64,000 nt of DNA from Octopus bimaculoides (Eukaryota). Below, in pieces: positions 47,320 through 54,824 of this stretch; the stretch's first letter is position 1; each line of letters starts with the position of its first letter. Under the pieces are notes generated by a model. That model was given only the letters and a program-made list of their open reading frames with translations. It had not been told where the DNA came from and ran no database searches. A program made the translations under genes and the position numbers. The stretch spans positions 56,020,871-56,084,870 of the forward strand of contig NC_068991.1 in assembly GCF_001194135.2 (NCBI RefSeq), given 5' to 3'.

Positions 47320-48620
47320 CATCGAAAAATACTTTAAGAATGAGAACCCAGGTTCGAAATTTCCCCAAGACACCTGATTAAGGATGGCGGGTATATCAGC
47401 CGAGACGTTGAGTTAACAACGAACAAGATGAGGATAAATATCTGTCAAATGTAAATAAGTTTTTTATCAGATTTTAAAAAACAACTTATATTATGTCTGT
47501 ATTTGTTCATTATTACCACATCACAATATATCAGGTGTTCAATAATTTCTTTGTCAAGAGTCAACTTACTAAATATCACAATACTTGTCTCTTGAACCTT
47601 TAAAAAATTTCATTTTGCTTAAGTATGAAAAGTGTACAATGTCAATATTCATATTCAATAAGTCCTATGTAAATTATCTGCAACTTCTTACTCATTGATT
47701 GACATGTTTATTTGTTTTACTTTTACTGATATTTCATCAACAGGCAACTGAAAGTATTCAACAGCTTGTGTTCCTGTGTCAAACAGACTCCTCTTCATTA
47801 GTTAAAGTGTATCTCAAAGATGCTCTCTTCTCTCTAGGTATAATTTGTTTTTTCTTTTCATATAAAAATATCTAATTATCCCGTATGTATATACATTATA
47901 TACCTGTGTGTGTATCATCATCATTTAATGTCTTCTATCCATATAAAAGAGTTGTCTCAGAAGTAATGCAAATGTGGGTATAATTCTTTTATTAACTGAC
48001 ATAGATCGTTCAAATTCAGTTTGCCAGTAGAGTAACTATTCCTGTACATGAAACATTTCTCATTGTAATCTCCATCATATGTGGTGTATCTGCACCATTG
48101 TTGAAGCCAGCACTTGAATTCACATTAAAAAAATTGAGGTTAATACTCTGATTTCTCTTTTGATATTCAGTTTTCTTTTAGTCATCTTATATCAGTCAGT
48201 CTTATGATTGGCATCTGTATCTTTAACATTTACATGCATGCACACAAACTCAGATGAACACATAAGAGGTTAAGTGAAATAAAGTTGTTCTTTCTGTGTG
48301 CATATATGCATCTATTATTAGTATGAAATTCAATTAATGTATTGCTAAAATATTTCATAAACATTAATAATATACTTGAAACTGTTTTCATTGTAATGTG
48401 TGAAAAGCAATAAAATTATGTATTAATGTAAATGCATTTGATATACTATACCTATTATATCAAGTAACATTTTTGTATGAGTAATTGTTTTAATTGCTTA
48501 TTTCAATTTGATTAATTTGTATTTATTTATCTATTTATTGCAGGGAAAGAAGGAATAAAAGCGTTTGAAGAAACCCAGCTGGGTTGTCACGGATTCCAAG
48601 GTGTTCATGTACAAAAGTAA
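389..48620 (+). CDS. RIPOR2: RIPOR/FAM65 family gene, 5'-partial, probable single co-ortholog of vertebrate RIPOR1/2/3. join(389-427,889-912,6320-6373,8234-8282,10118-10212,14705-14768,22045-22214,23041-23186,23876-23993,25410-25829,29439-29557,30059-30275,35472-35601,37914-38072,39115-39258,42335-42484,43686-43732,44946-45029,47744-47837,48544-48620)
   Basis: Twenty exons with AG/GT (one GC) boundaries and compatible phases give 2400 nt, open to TAA at 48618-48620. The peptide carries FAM65/PL48 hallmarks I recognise: QIKAAERYLKRLEFHLSK, GMAGFARLCAGDVFEV..RYGTQKWK, SIEHALEAFDFLN, and an ARM/HEAT-like C-terminus (ATESIQQLVFLC). The paralog symbol is nominal; a tree is needed to assign it. Confidence 0.93.
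889..912 (+). CDS. RIPOR2: RIPOR 24-nt micro-exon (GKLHEADK)
   Basis: ttactttatag acceptor and AAG|gtagtg donor. Aligns with vertebrate GVLYDLDK, recalled from the family. Confidence 0.8.
2919..3108 (+). mobile_element. tRNA-derived CORE-type SINE
   Basis: ggtggcaaactggtagaa head, gttcaaattcc B-box, gttgactttgcctttcatcctt...gataaaataagtacca core shared with many copies in this window. Confidence 0.8.
3472..3526. repeat. (CA)n microsatellite next to an assembly gap
   Basis: Seen directly. Confidence 0.95.
6320..6373 (+). CDS. RIPOR2: RIPOR exon (QIKAAERYLKRLEFHLSK)
   Basis: tttccag acceptor, AAG|gtaaac donor, strong family motif. Confidence 0.95.
7277..7674 (-). mobile_element. tRNA-headed SINE, family A (internal microsatellite)
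   Basis: Minus strand reads gcatggctgcatagttaagaagctc...gggttcagtctc. Body and tail are shared with 8401, 39517, 40219 and 56845. Confidence 0.85.
8234..8282 (+). CDS. RIPOR2: RIPOR exon (IDELQDCYIVNQQLREG)
   Basis: ttttctag acceptor, G|gtaatt donor. Matches family xDELYEAYCIQRRLQDG. Confidence 0.93.
8401..8768 (-). mobile_element. SINE family A copy
   Basis: Same tail (tcttttatcttttacttg...cagccatgctggagcactgccttgaag), (CA)n core and partial head. Confidence 0.8.
9365..9729 (+). mobile_element. SINE family B: family-A-like head plus RTE-type 3' tail ending in (GAT)n
   Basis: Head gtggctgtgtagttaagaaacttgcttcccaaccatgtgg; tail ggaagggcatccagccatagaaa...gcaagtatggaaaa...gatgatgat. Confidence 0.75.
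10118..10212 (+). CDS. RIPOR2: RIPOR exon (GARNMARAYANTPGYKKGSLTSVKYGFKECSQ)
   Basis: ttaacag acceptor, CAG|gtaaag donor, phase 1 to 0. Confidence 0.93.
11322..11523 (+). pseudogene. Tigger/pogo (CENP-B-like HTH) transposase N-terminal relic
   Basis: Translation MKRNHKGITLDVKFDV(frameshift)LKKLDAGEKKISNIIKALKPAMFT*GTIHDN resembles KRKAITLEVKLDVIKR..GEK...IARAL..STV.TI. Confidence 0.6.
12685..12900 (-). mobile_element. RTE-type 3' tail relic
   Basis: catcatcatttaatgtccatgtttcatgctggcatgg...tttctatagctaaatgccct is the reverse complement of the tail at 9640-9729 and 32534-32655. Confidence 0.7.
14119..14481 (+). mobile_element. Non-autonomous Helentron-associated (DINE-1/HINE-like) element
   Basis: 5' ttattacctctaccttagcgaaggcggaggt hairpin, gtttgtttgtctgt microsatellite, 3' ccttggtggaggt subterminal IR, terminal gcgctc-tct-gagtgc stem-loop, T-rich flanks. 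Confidence 0.65.
14705..14768 (+). CDS. RIPOR2: RIPOR exon (TMCAIEAQLESMMGTFHCKLKG)
   Basis: Long pyrimidine tract plus ccag acceptor, G|gtatgt donor. Matches family MCxIExELExxLGEFxIKMKG. Confidence 0.95.
15084..15306 (-). mobile_element. Young full-length CORE-type SINE with 14-bp TSD
   Basis: ttctatgtatatat at both 15070-15083 and 15307-15320. CpGs retained, A- and B-box-like motifs intact. Confidence 0.9.
19745..20105 (-). mobile_element. Mariner transposon 5' fragment (left TIR plus transposase HTH relic)
   Basis: Minus strand TA-ttgggtcatcccataaatgatgc TIR-like end. From 19933 it reads MEVTKEHI*HILLYEFNKGNDTTESVRNINVVYG...WFQKFRARNYSLEDEPHP, a typical mariner N-terminal HTH. Confidence 0.85.
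22045..22214 (+). CDS. RIPOR2: RIPOR exon (GMAGFARLCAGDVFEV...DIISLK), ends at a GC donor
   Basis: ttatttag acceptor. Most conserved FAM65 block. Donor AAG|gcaagt. Confidence 0.95.
23041..23186 (+). CDS. RIPOR2: RIPOR exon (AVELRSLKSVLLGEKKCETKDLFSANPQMMTVSINPNGSLKLSIIVTW)
   Basis: tatacag acceptor, AA|gtaaga donor. Matches family CETKELFAARPQVVAVDIN. Confidence 0.95.
23490..23645 (+). mobile_element. RTE-clade LINE reverse transcriptase fragment
   Basis: 23584-23637 translates KLEVEDSLDGFCYLGDQV, matching the LEVVDxFCYLGD motif. Confidence 0.65.
23876..23993 (+). CDS. RIPOR2: RIPOR exon (NPLEGVDESLIIYEVPQRTQDTPRRRPVSALAVNGQYSQL)
   Basis: cacttttcag acceptor, TTG|gtaggt donor. Phase 2 completes the AA|T codon. 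Confidence 0.9.
25410..25829 (+). CDS. RIPOR2: RIPOR 420-nt exon: Ser-rich linker plus LEDALNCLSVSLEDVRGRYQELQKIEE helix
   Basis: tttgtacag acceptor, AAG|gtaggc donor. Overlaps ORF 25461-25961. The helix resembles family LDDYRGQFPELQGLEQEV. Confidence 0.92.
26702..27458. other. Assembly gap (others at 3527-3536, 6450-6834, 32716-33035, 37021-37143, 54562-54594)
   Basis: N runs; most of the other gaps abut (TA)n or (CA)n. Confidence 0.99.
28660..29080 (-). mobile_element. Decayed LINE (probably RTE) fragment; related piece at 26233-26300
   Basis: caggctcac..tttctctgc.tgtgaccct...cctaatt block shared between 26233 and 28670. No intact ORF. Confidence 0.4.
29196..29281. repeat. (CA)n microsatellite
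   Basis: Seen directly. Confidence 0.95.
29439..29557 (+). CDS. RIPOR2: RIPOR exon (KHSRSSSCSSNISVSIEHALEAFDFLNTEDIVDDVDSSP)
   Basis: ctctttgcag acceptor, AG|gttagt donor. Family VESALESFDFLN motif. Confidence 0.93.
30059..30275 (+). CDS. RIPOR2: RIPOR exon (SESRRSSLD...VDQALIFHLNYCNKLIE)
   Basis: cattttag acceptor, GAG|gtcagt donor, in phase. Confidence 0.92.
30871..30918. repeat. (CT)n microsatellite
   Basis: Seen directly. Confidence 0.95.
32380..32655 (+). mobile_element. RTE LINE 3' end fragment
   Basis: gagctgagagaaaaactagggatcagg (ELREKLGIR) followed by the gggcatccagctgtagaaac...gcatggaaagcggacgttaaac tail. Confidence 0.7.
33036..33415 (+). mobile_element. RTE tail with (GAT)n, followed by an RTE ORF C-terminal fragment
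   Basis: Tail nearly identical to 32534-32655. Downstream GNCRRGPSKTWDEVLK matches the GRPRKTW motif. Confidence 0.7.
33565..33849 (-). mobile_element. tRNA-headed SINE, family C
   Basis: Minus strand tggaggcacatagtctagtggttagagcagcggactc...gcgggtttgaatctc with A and B boxes. A related head lies at 63933-64000. Confidence 0.75.
35472..35601 (+). CDS. RIPOR2: RIPOR exon (NLGSFGPLKCKEIYALDKLQKQSQILENLIHLAKAGSEIDLHS)
   Basis: Poly-T plus cag acceptor, G|gtaaat donor. Confidence 0.92.
36067..36180 (-). mobile_element. CORE-type SINE fragment
   Basis: actggtactttattttattgacctcgaaaggatgaagataaagtcaacc is the reverse complement of the core. Confidence 0.75.
36523..37580. repeat. 97-bp inverted repeat pair (36523-36619 and 37484-37580)
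   Basis: Direct comparison: about 10 mismatches over 97 bp. Includes both a SINE head segment and non-SINE flank. Confidence 0.85.
37144..37283. repeat. 68-bp-arm near-perfect palindrome with 4-nt loop
   Basis: 37144-37211 vs 37216-37283: 67 of 68 complementary, single A37174:C37253 mismatch. Confidence 0.92.
37914..38072 (+). CDS. RIPOR2: RIPOR exon (VLGEHLNDKQLKEFWVQCVDRNVLVV...DVKPTR); alternative acceptor at 37920
   Basis: gtcttctgccag acceptor, G|gtaacc donor, phase 1/1. Confidence 0.88.
38098..38140. repeat. (CT)n microsatellite just downstream of an exon donor
   Basis: Seen directly. Confidence 0.95.
39115..39258 (+). CDS. RIPOR2: RIPOR exon (VFCHLVSRILDISDAELKMTQNLYITLFQFSLFFRNEGFTLVDKIIEE)
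   Basis: ttttcag acceptor, A|gtaagt donor, phase 1/1, open frame. Confidence 0.9.
39517..39955 (-). mobile_element. SINE family A copy with (CT)n and (cacacacacatgccc)n inserts
   Basis: Same tail, body and head as 7277-7674. Confidence 0.82.
40219..40630 (-). mobile_element. SINE family A copy
   Basis: ccactgccttgaag...ctggtacattttctattgg...gaacccataactatgtgattgggaagcaaacttcttacca. Confidence 0.8.
40783..40955 (+). mobile_element. CORE-type SINE
   Basis: gttctgagttcaaatcc...aactttgcctttcatcc...gttgataaa. Confidence 0.72.
42335..42484 (+). CDS. RIPOR2: RIPOR exon (ISISDKLCSGNAEVAINCIERLHG...DNQDIRQAT)
   Basis: ttattttcag acceptor, G|gtaagt donor, phase 1/1. Confidence 0.9.
43686..43732 (+). 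CDS. RIPOR2: RIPOR exon (ASYLRNLQQSRLSRDK)
   Basis: cattctttcag acceptor, AAG|gtttgt donor. Supplies the required phase 1 to 0 change. Confidence 0.88.
44946..45029 (+). CDS. RIPOR2: RIPOR exon (SLVVYVEALEDQTAEVRAGAAVALSLLR)
   Basis: ttattccag acceptor, CGG|gtaaat donor. HEAT/ARM-like helix pair. Confidence 0.93.
45300..46660 (-). mobile_element. RTE-clade (Rex3/Expander-like) LINE relic
   Basis: Minus-strand motifs LIFVDDVVLL (45882-45905), QVEKYFRGIVTTDGKQE, KAKFWEDFAGMLGCDFRLTNKIFWQTIHQL. Many stops and an internal deletion. Confidence 0.8.
46967..47458. mobile_element. Head-to-head palindromic dimer of a tRNA-headed element with (AAT)n spacer and hammerhead-like tail
   Basis: Arms 46967-47207 and about 47226-47458 are reverse complements. 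Central tRNA-like heads show tggcgtagtagtt and agttcgattcc boxes. Confidence 0.88.
47369..47414 (+). ncRNA. Degenerate minimal type I hammerhead ribozyme-like motif (mirror copy at 47012-47054, minus strand)
   Basis: Right arm: GACAC-CTGATTA-aggatg..cagcc-GAG-ACGT-T-GAGTT. Left arm: GACAC-CTGAAGA-agcctg..cagct-GAA-ACGT-gtt. Combining the two gives the CUGANGA/GAA core with a palindromic ACGU helix III. Neither copy is intact. Confidence 0.55.
47744..47837 (+). CDS. RIPOR2: RIPOR exon (ATESIQQLVFLCQTDSSSLVKVYLKDALFSLG)
   Basis: caacag acceptor, G|gtataa donor. Family ATESIKMLVTLCQSD motif. Confidence 0.94.
48544..48620 (+). CDS. RIPOR2: RIPOR last coding exon (GKEGIKAFEETQLGCHGFQGVHVQK*)
   Basis: tattgcag acceptor. 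Family GEDGRLAYEQL-like start. TAA at 48618-48620. Confidence 0.92.
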
Positions 48621-51600
48621 GACTCATAGTACAACCAGTGTGGGAGTATATGATCTGGATATGTTACTGATAAGCCATTCATAAATTGAAGCCTATTGGA
48701 TAGAAACTCACAGATGAAGGAATCCAAGCAAACGGGCTACTCTTTACTTCTTCACCTAGTTATTAGGTGGTTCTCTCTGTTCAGCCATGACAGCAAATCT
48801 TTCAGCCAACTTTGGTCAAAATGATATTTTGACAGTCAGCAAAATATCTATCTACTTACCTTAAACCTACCTACGTACCTACCTACCTACTTACTTACCT
48901 ACCTTCCTACCTACCTATCAGCCTGCTCACCAAATCATTTACCCACCCACATGTCTATTAAATTATCCCAGTAGCAGCTTGCGAACCATTTCCAACTACC
49001 CTGCCAGTAGCCTGGAGTTGGATGTGCAACCTTTGTACTATGTTTCTTATTGATACACCAACCGCCAGCATCCGTATGTCACCCACTGTTGGGTTTTTTT
49101 TTTCACTCAACAGCTTGCACTTGCCATTGCAGAACTACCAACAACAATACTCCTATCCTAATTTACCAGCAGCACCTCCTCCTTTACCCTCCAGTCAGAA
49201 CAGGTTTCCTCGCAAATGTTATTTATTTTGTTCTATTCTATGAGGTACATCACTGCATCCATAGTCAGACCTCATAATGTAGTACATTGTAACATTTTGT
49301 GATTTTAGTCAAACCTCTTCCTTCTGTGACAGCTGGACCTAAGTTCTGACGAGTTTTCTGTCATGTCAAAGCACACTTTATATACCATCCTGCGCCTGAC
49401 ATAAGGTTTGAGGAAAATGAAACTTCATTGAAATTATCAGTTTAATTTTATTTAAAAAAAAAAAAACAATAAATCCATTACAACCAAGCAAACACCCAAC
49501 AAATAATCAAATATACAGACCAACTTACCTACCAACCAAATACGCAAGCAACCAAGCTAATAACCACAACTTAACAAATCACAACCAATCAATCAGCAAT
49601 GACAACCAATCACAGTAAATCAACTATATCTGTTACTGTTCCTGATTGTTCATAAATTATTAATGTTTGTACTCTGCTTCAGCATCGTTGTACTGTGTGA
49701 TGTTATAAACCAGTACTTTGTAATGTTATGAATACTCTGTGTGGTGTTTTACATTTATTTAATGTGCTATGTTTTAATCTGTTACTGTGTTGACTCAGTT
49801 TTTAGGTAAATAGAGTTCTTTATCTATTGATACTCTCTCAGTGTTCAGCTTCTATGTGATTCTTGCTCTGGTTAAATTTCCATCTTATCATGTAGATAGC
49901 AGACTTGTAAATTTTAAAAGGGTTGGGGTCCCGTGATTCTATGCTCTTATCTCCCTTGTATTAATGTCCGCTAAGGGAGACCACCTGTACCCACAGATTA
50001 TTGAGAAAATACCACTATATTTAGTATCAATAACTGCTGATTCCTTAACTTAATGGGTTCTATTCATACACACACACACACACACAGTTCCAGCTACTTT
50101 GAATTGATTATAACCAAATAACATTGATATATTAAAAATACTGATTGATTACTTTGTCACCATCTGTTAATATTTTACAGCAATACATGATGATACTATT
50201 TGATATTTCTAATAAATAGCATTATATAACAAATTGTTTTTTATCAAACTTATGACCGTCAGTTAAAACTAGTTCTTTATATCTCTCAATGGGGGGAGAA
50301 GACTAGTTACTGTCAGTTGAAACTAGTTTCTTACATCTCCACTAAGTGATAAGTTGATGACCGCTATTGTTACTACAATTGAATTTGCATTCCGTCTTTG
50401 TATGTGATATAAAATAAACTGGAATTTTAATAGCAATTGTCTAAATCAATTCCATTTCAATGCAGCCTAACATGTGATGATTCAATTGATGTCTTGATTT
50501 CTTAAAACAAGACCTTATTATTTTAATAGGGGCTTCATGAAAATACTCAGTTGTGGGGGGAGAGAGAGAGAGAGAGGAATGTTACAGGTTCCTGTTGTTT
50601 TGTGCTCTTTCAAGACAGAAGAATCAAATCCTAGCACAGTTAGGCGAGTAACAAAGGTCTTTGTATCATGGAGACCTCACTGGTATGAGATATCTGCGTA
50701 GGTGAAGAAAATTGTCTGAAAACAGGGAGATATTTTAGTGCAAGCAAAGAAAACAGTTGAAGAAATGAAGAGGGACATGATGGTTTTGCTTTTTGTTTTT
50801 GTTTTGTTTTATTTCATATGCATGTTTATTTGAACATTTTGAAACTGACAGTTGTGTTAAATTATAATTTCAGTCTTGTTTTAACTGCAGCAAAAACAGA
50901 TTATTTAAGATTATAGCTGCAAACTTTCCAAGGAATAATCTGTCTGCCAGGTCATTTCCAAATTTTTTTTTTCTTTCTTTTTCATTCTTTGTTAATTCAT
51001 TCAAACTTTTGAAAGTTGTTCACATATGGTATAATTTAATGTAAAAGAATTAGATTAAAATCAATGAACATTCTTTTAAATAAACTTGAAGTTCTCGCAT
51101 ACGTTTCAAAATATTGACCATAATAATTTGGCCAGTGCAACTTAGGCATTAATACCTAATTTAACTTTAGACTTTGTAATGAAAGAACCATCTTTTCTGC
51201 ATCAGGATTACTATTAAGTGAGTAAAATTCATGTCTTGTCTGAGCCCCACCACCTCTTCAGATTGAAATCTGTGTCATTATGAATGATGGAATCAATCCT
51301 GAATTAATGATAGAATTGTTAAATATTTTCAGATTTCTTTCTTTGCATTTTGTGTGTGTGTATGTGTGTGTTGAATTTCCCTGTAGGAGTGCTCAAATCA
51401 TTTGAAGTGGATATCTTACCTTTGATGATGATTCTAAGATTTCTACTTTAATGACCATTTTGCTTTCCCTATTCACCAAAGTGACTGTTTATAAGGAAGC
51501 TCATGTTTATAGAAATTTTAACTGGCTCCTGATGTTGGCTAAGGAATGTTAATGAACTAGTTAAAAAAAACCCCAACTAAACTGCATATTAAAGGGGAAT

Positions 51601-52177
51601 TTAGATGCATATGTGAGTATGTCTAAAGCTATTTTAAACTCTAGTAAACAGCAGAAAAACTATCTTGTAGTCACTCTTTGATAGAAGCATGGAAATGATT
51701 AGTTTCTGCAAAAAGATAGTCATGGCTGTGTAAGAGAATATTTTGTGGAATAGTTATGCTTTGTATTAATTATGTAAAGTCAAATCAAGTCAATCTAGTT
51801 TATTCCCTGTTAAACAAAAAAAAAAGAAACAATGCTTGTACCAATTGTCTCTACATATCATTCCAATCTTCAAATTTTCATTTCCCGCTACATGGATTGC
51901 AACATGTATTAATGTGAAGAGCCACTCTTCCTAACTCTAAACTATTCCATTCAGGTGTTTCAAGGCAAATAGTGTAATTAGCTTACAGTGGTAATGCAAT
52001 ACCTATGTGTGTCTCTTTTATCTTTTGGTCACAACTCCAAACTACACACTTCTTTCTTTTACTATATTAATCTATCCCTTTCAACACACATTTACCAATT
52101 TTGTTGGACAGCTAGTATTAAAAGGTCTACCTTCTTACCAGTAATTTTGTTTTTTCCCTATCGATTGATTAAAACAG

Positions 52178-52210
<33 letters not shown>

Positions 52211-53314
52211 AACTAGCAAGGAAAATATTTAGCAACAATGGTTCTTGTTTTTTATTTTGTTGATATTAAAGTTATTGATGGGTCAATCCTAACTACAGTC
52301 ACTGCCTCTCTTTAGTTGGTACTTTAAAATTAATGTTACAGCTAGCTTTAAATATATCAGATAAAAAGGTCATTTATCAAGCAAGCTATTATCAATTCTT
52401 TTATTTTGTACCTTCCCCCTTATTTGTCTCTGCTGAAGCAGAATTTAATTAGTTTCTCCATTTGAATATTTCAACATGGAATTGATATTTCAGTATAAGA
52501 CTTCAAAGCCTAAACATAAAATATTTTCTTTTCATTTCATTTTTCCATGTCAGATATCTCAACAATTATAACCTCATTAACAACACATCTCAGACATTTA
52601 AGCATAAAAATTATGGTAAATTGAACAATATACAGAATTGGTTTTAATATCAAAATTTAATGGGAATTAAATAATTCAATATTGAAATGATATGGACATT
52701 CAACTGTTCATGCTTCTGGGTATCAGATGATTTACTGGGATAAATGATGAAATCAATAAATATAGACCAACTAATATTCATTTAAAATGGGATTACAAAT
52801 AATTGAAAATTTGAACTTTTTCAACTGGGTTTTTTTTTTAGCTTTACCTATTATGGGTGGGAACTTATTAAAAACTGAGAAAAAAATCTAGAAACATTTA
52901 TTTATTGTTATATTAGGCTTATCTATGGGATAAATAAATAGCTATTTATAAATTTCTGTATTTCCTTTCACATTCAAAGATATTTTCTTGACTAAGTTAG
53001 AAATTTTATTTAAATTTTTTTGGTGCAAATGCTATCCATTTTCCATGGTATTATATTGTTTACCTTTCTATAGATTCTCCATATGTACAATTTACCTTTG
53101 GTTAATTTGAATAATTAATTTTGAAGTACTTTCAACATATTTCCTAATGAATAGATGTTTATTAAATATAGATAAAAGAACTACATAGCAAAAATAAACC
53201 CTCTCTTCCTCCAATGATTTGATGCCACTTCAATATTTCATTTTATTTTTACAAATACAAGTGTGTCAAATGAACTCAGGGTTGTCTTTTCGTGTTTGCA
53301 AATCTATGTGTGTA

Positions 53315-53351
<37 letters not shown>

Positions 53352-54150
53352 CATCTCTTTCTCATTTTTAAATAAATAAATATGTCTAAAATGTTTTCAC
53401 ACCTGGAGAACGAAGCTGCAGCAACTTGGTTACTAATTATACTTACAGGACCTCTAACAATAAAAAAAAAAACACTTAATGAAAAAACAATTGTAATGAA
53501 ATAAATAGCAAAAAAATGGAAGACAAACCAAATCATCATTAATTAACCTATTGTTGTACCAAAGAATCTTGATGTTGCTTTAATAGACTATTTGATGAAA
53601 ACCCTGTTTTTTTTTTGTTTGTTTTTGTCAGCACCTGCCTACTGTAAATTGTGAACGTCATTGAATTAAAAAAGAAATAAATATATTTCTCTAATAATGT
53701 CATAATAATACAATTTTTGTTACTCTTCTCATATAACCCACCTCATTCTGCTGTCAAAAAGCAGAAGCTACATATTGTATAATAAATATTAAAAATTATG
53801 AGCATTATTGAAATGTCTATGTATATTACAATATAAAGTTATATATTGAATTATATATTATATATTATAATATATAATTCTGAGTTACATAAAAACATGT
53901 CTGTATATTCTTTTTGCTTTTCTGGCACTCAAGGAGTCAAATGAATATAATCTATTTATTTCCATGTTCATGAGTGATTAAACTGGAAATGGTGACAACA
54001 GGACTCATTAATTAACAGTTTATTCATTTATTCAGCTAATTTCTGTGCAAATAAATCTTGAGGTATTTATGATTTCTCATTTCTCATCACACAAACTCAC
54101 TAATTAAAACAATGAAACAATAAAGTTGCCAATATAAATAAATGGCGAAA
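48621..54150 (+). other. Putative long 3' UTR of RIPOR
   Basis: Follows the stop codon, lacks recognisable SINEs, has U-rich tracts and several AATAAA hexamers. The true end is unknown. Confidence 0.4.
48865..48917. repeat. (CCTA)n imperfect tetranucleotide repeat
   Basis: Seen directly. Confidence 0.9.
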
Positions 54151-54824
54151 CAAGACTACCAAAATTCATGGGTTTTTATTCTTCTCAGTTGTATTTTTCT
54201 TTTCATTTATTCCTGTTATTGTTGTTTCCAGCTATTTTCACTCCTGCCTTTCTATAACCTAACCCCAACCCACACAATTCACTTGATTTAGTTAGAACTG
54301 TCTCTGGTATGTTACCAATCAAACCATCCTAATTTGTTTTCAGCAGTTGAATAAATGTTCACTAATAAAGAATTCTTTCTCTAATCACACACACACAAGC
54401 TTGTGAACAAATGAAAGAAAGAAAGTAGCAGTCAACATGTTTTGTAGGGGTTACATATATTTTTTAAAACAGTTTGACTCAATTCCACAATACTTAAAGC
54501 CCATCTCTTCAATCTTATCAAATAATGAAATGGATATATAGTGTTTTTACATAGATAATTANNNNNNNNNNNNNNNNNNNNNNNNNNNNNNNNNATATAT
54601 ATATATATACCATGCAAGTACATTCTTCTGTACTTGCATGGTATGAATAATCTGTAAAATAGCCTTGTTTCAGTTTGATCAAAATATGAACATTCATTAT
54701 TTAGGTTGATGCAAAGTTTTTTGTCTGTCCCATTACAGTTAGTTACTCCACTAGAGAGCATACATACATACATATTTAAAATGCAGATTAATTATTACTT
54801 ATTTTTGTTATTAGTACATTCATT

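Noticed and set aside
54701-54720. ttaggttgatgcaaag resembling the Hsmar1-type TIR
   Set aside because: Short, with no partner TIR and no clean TA flank.
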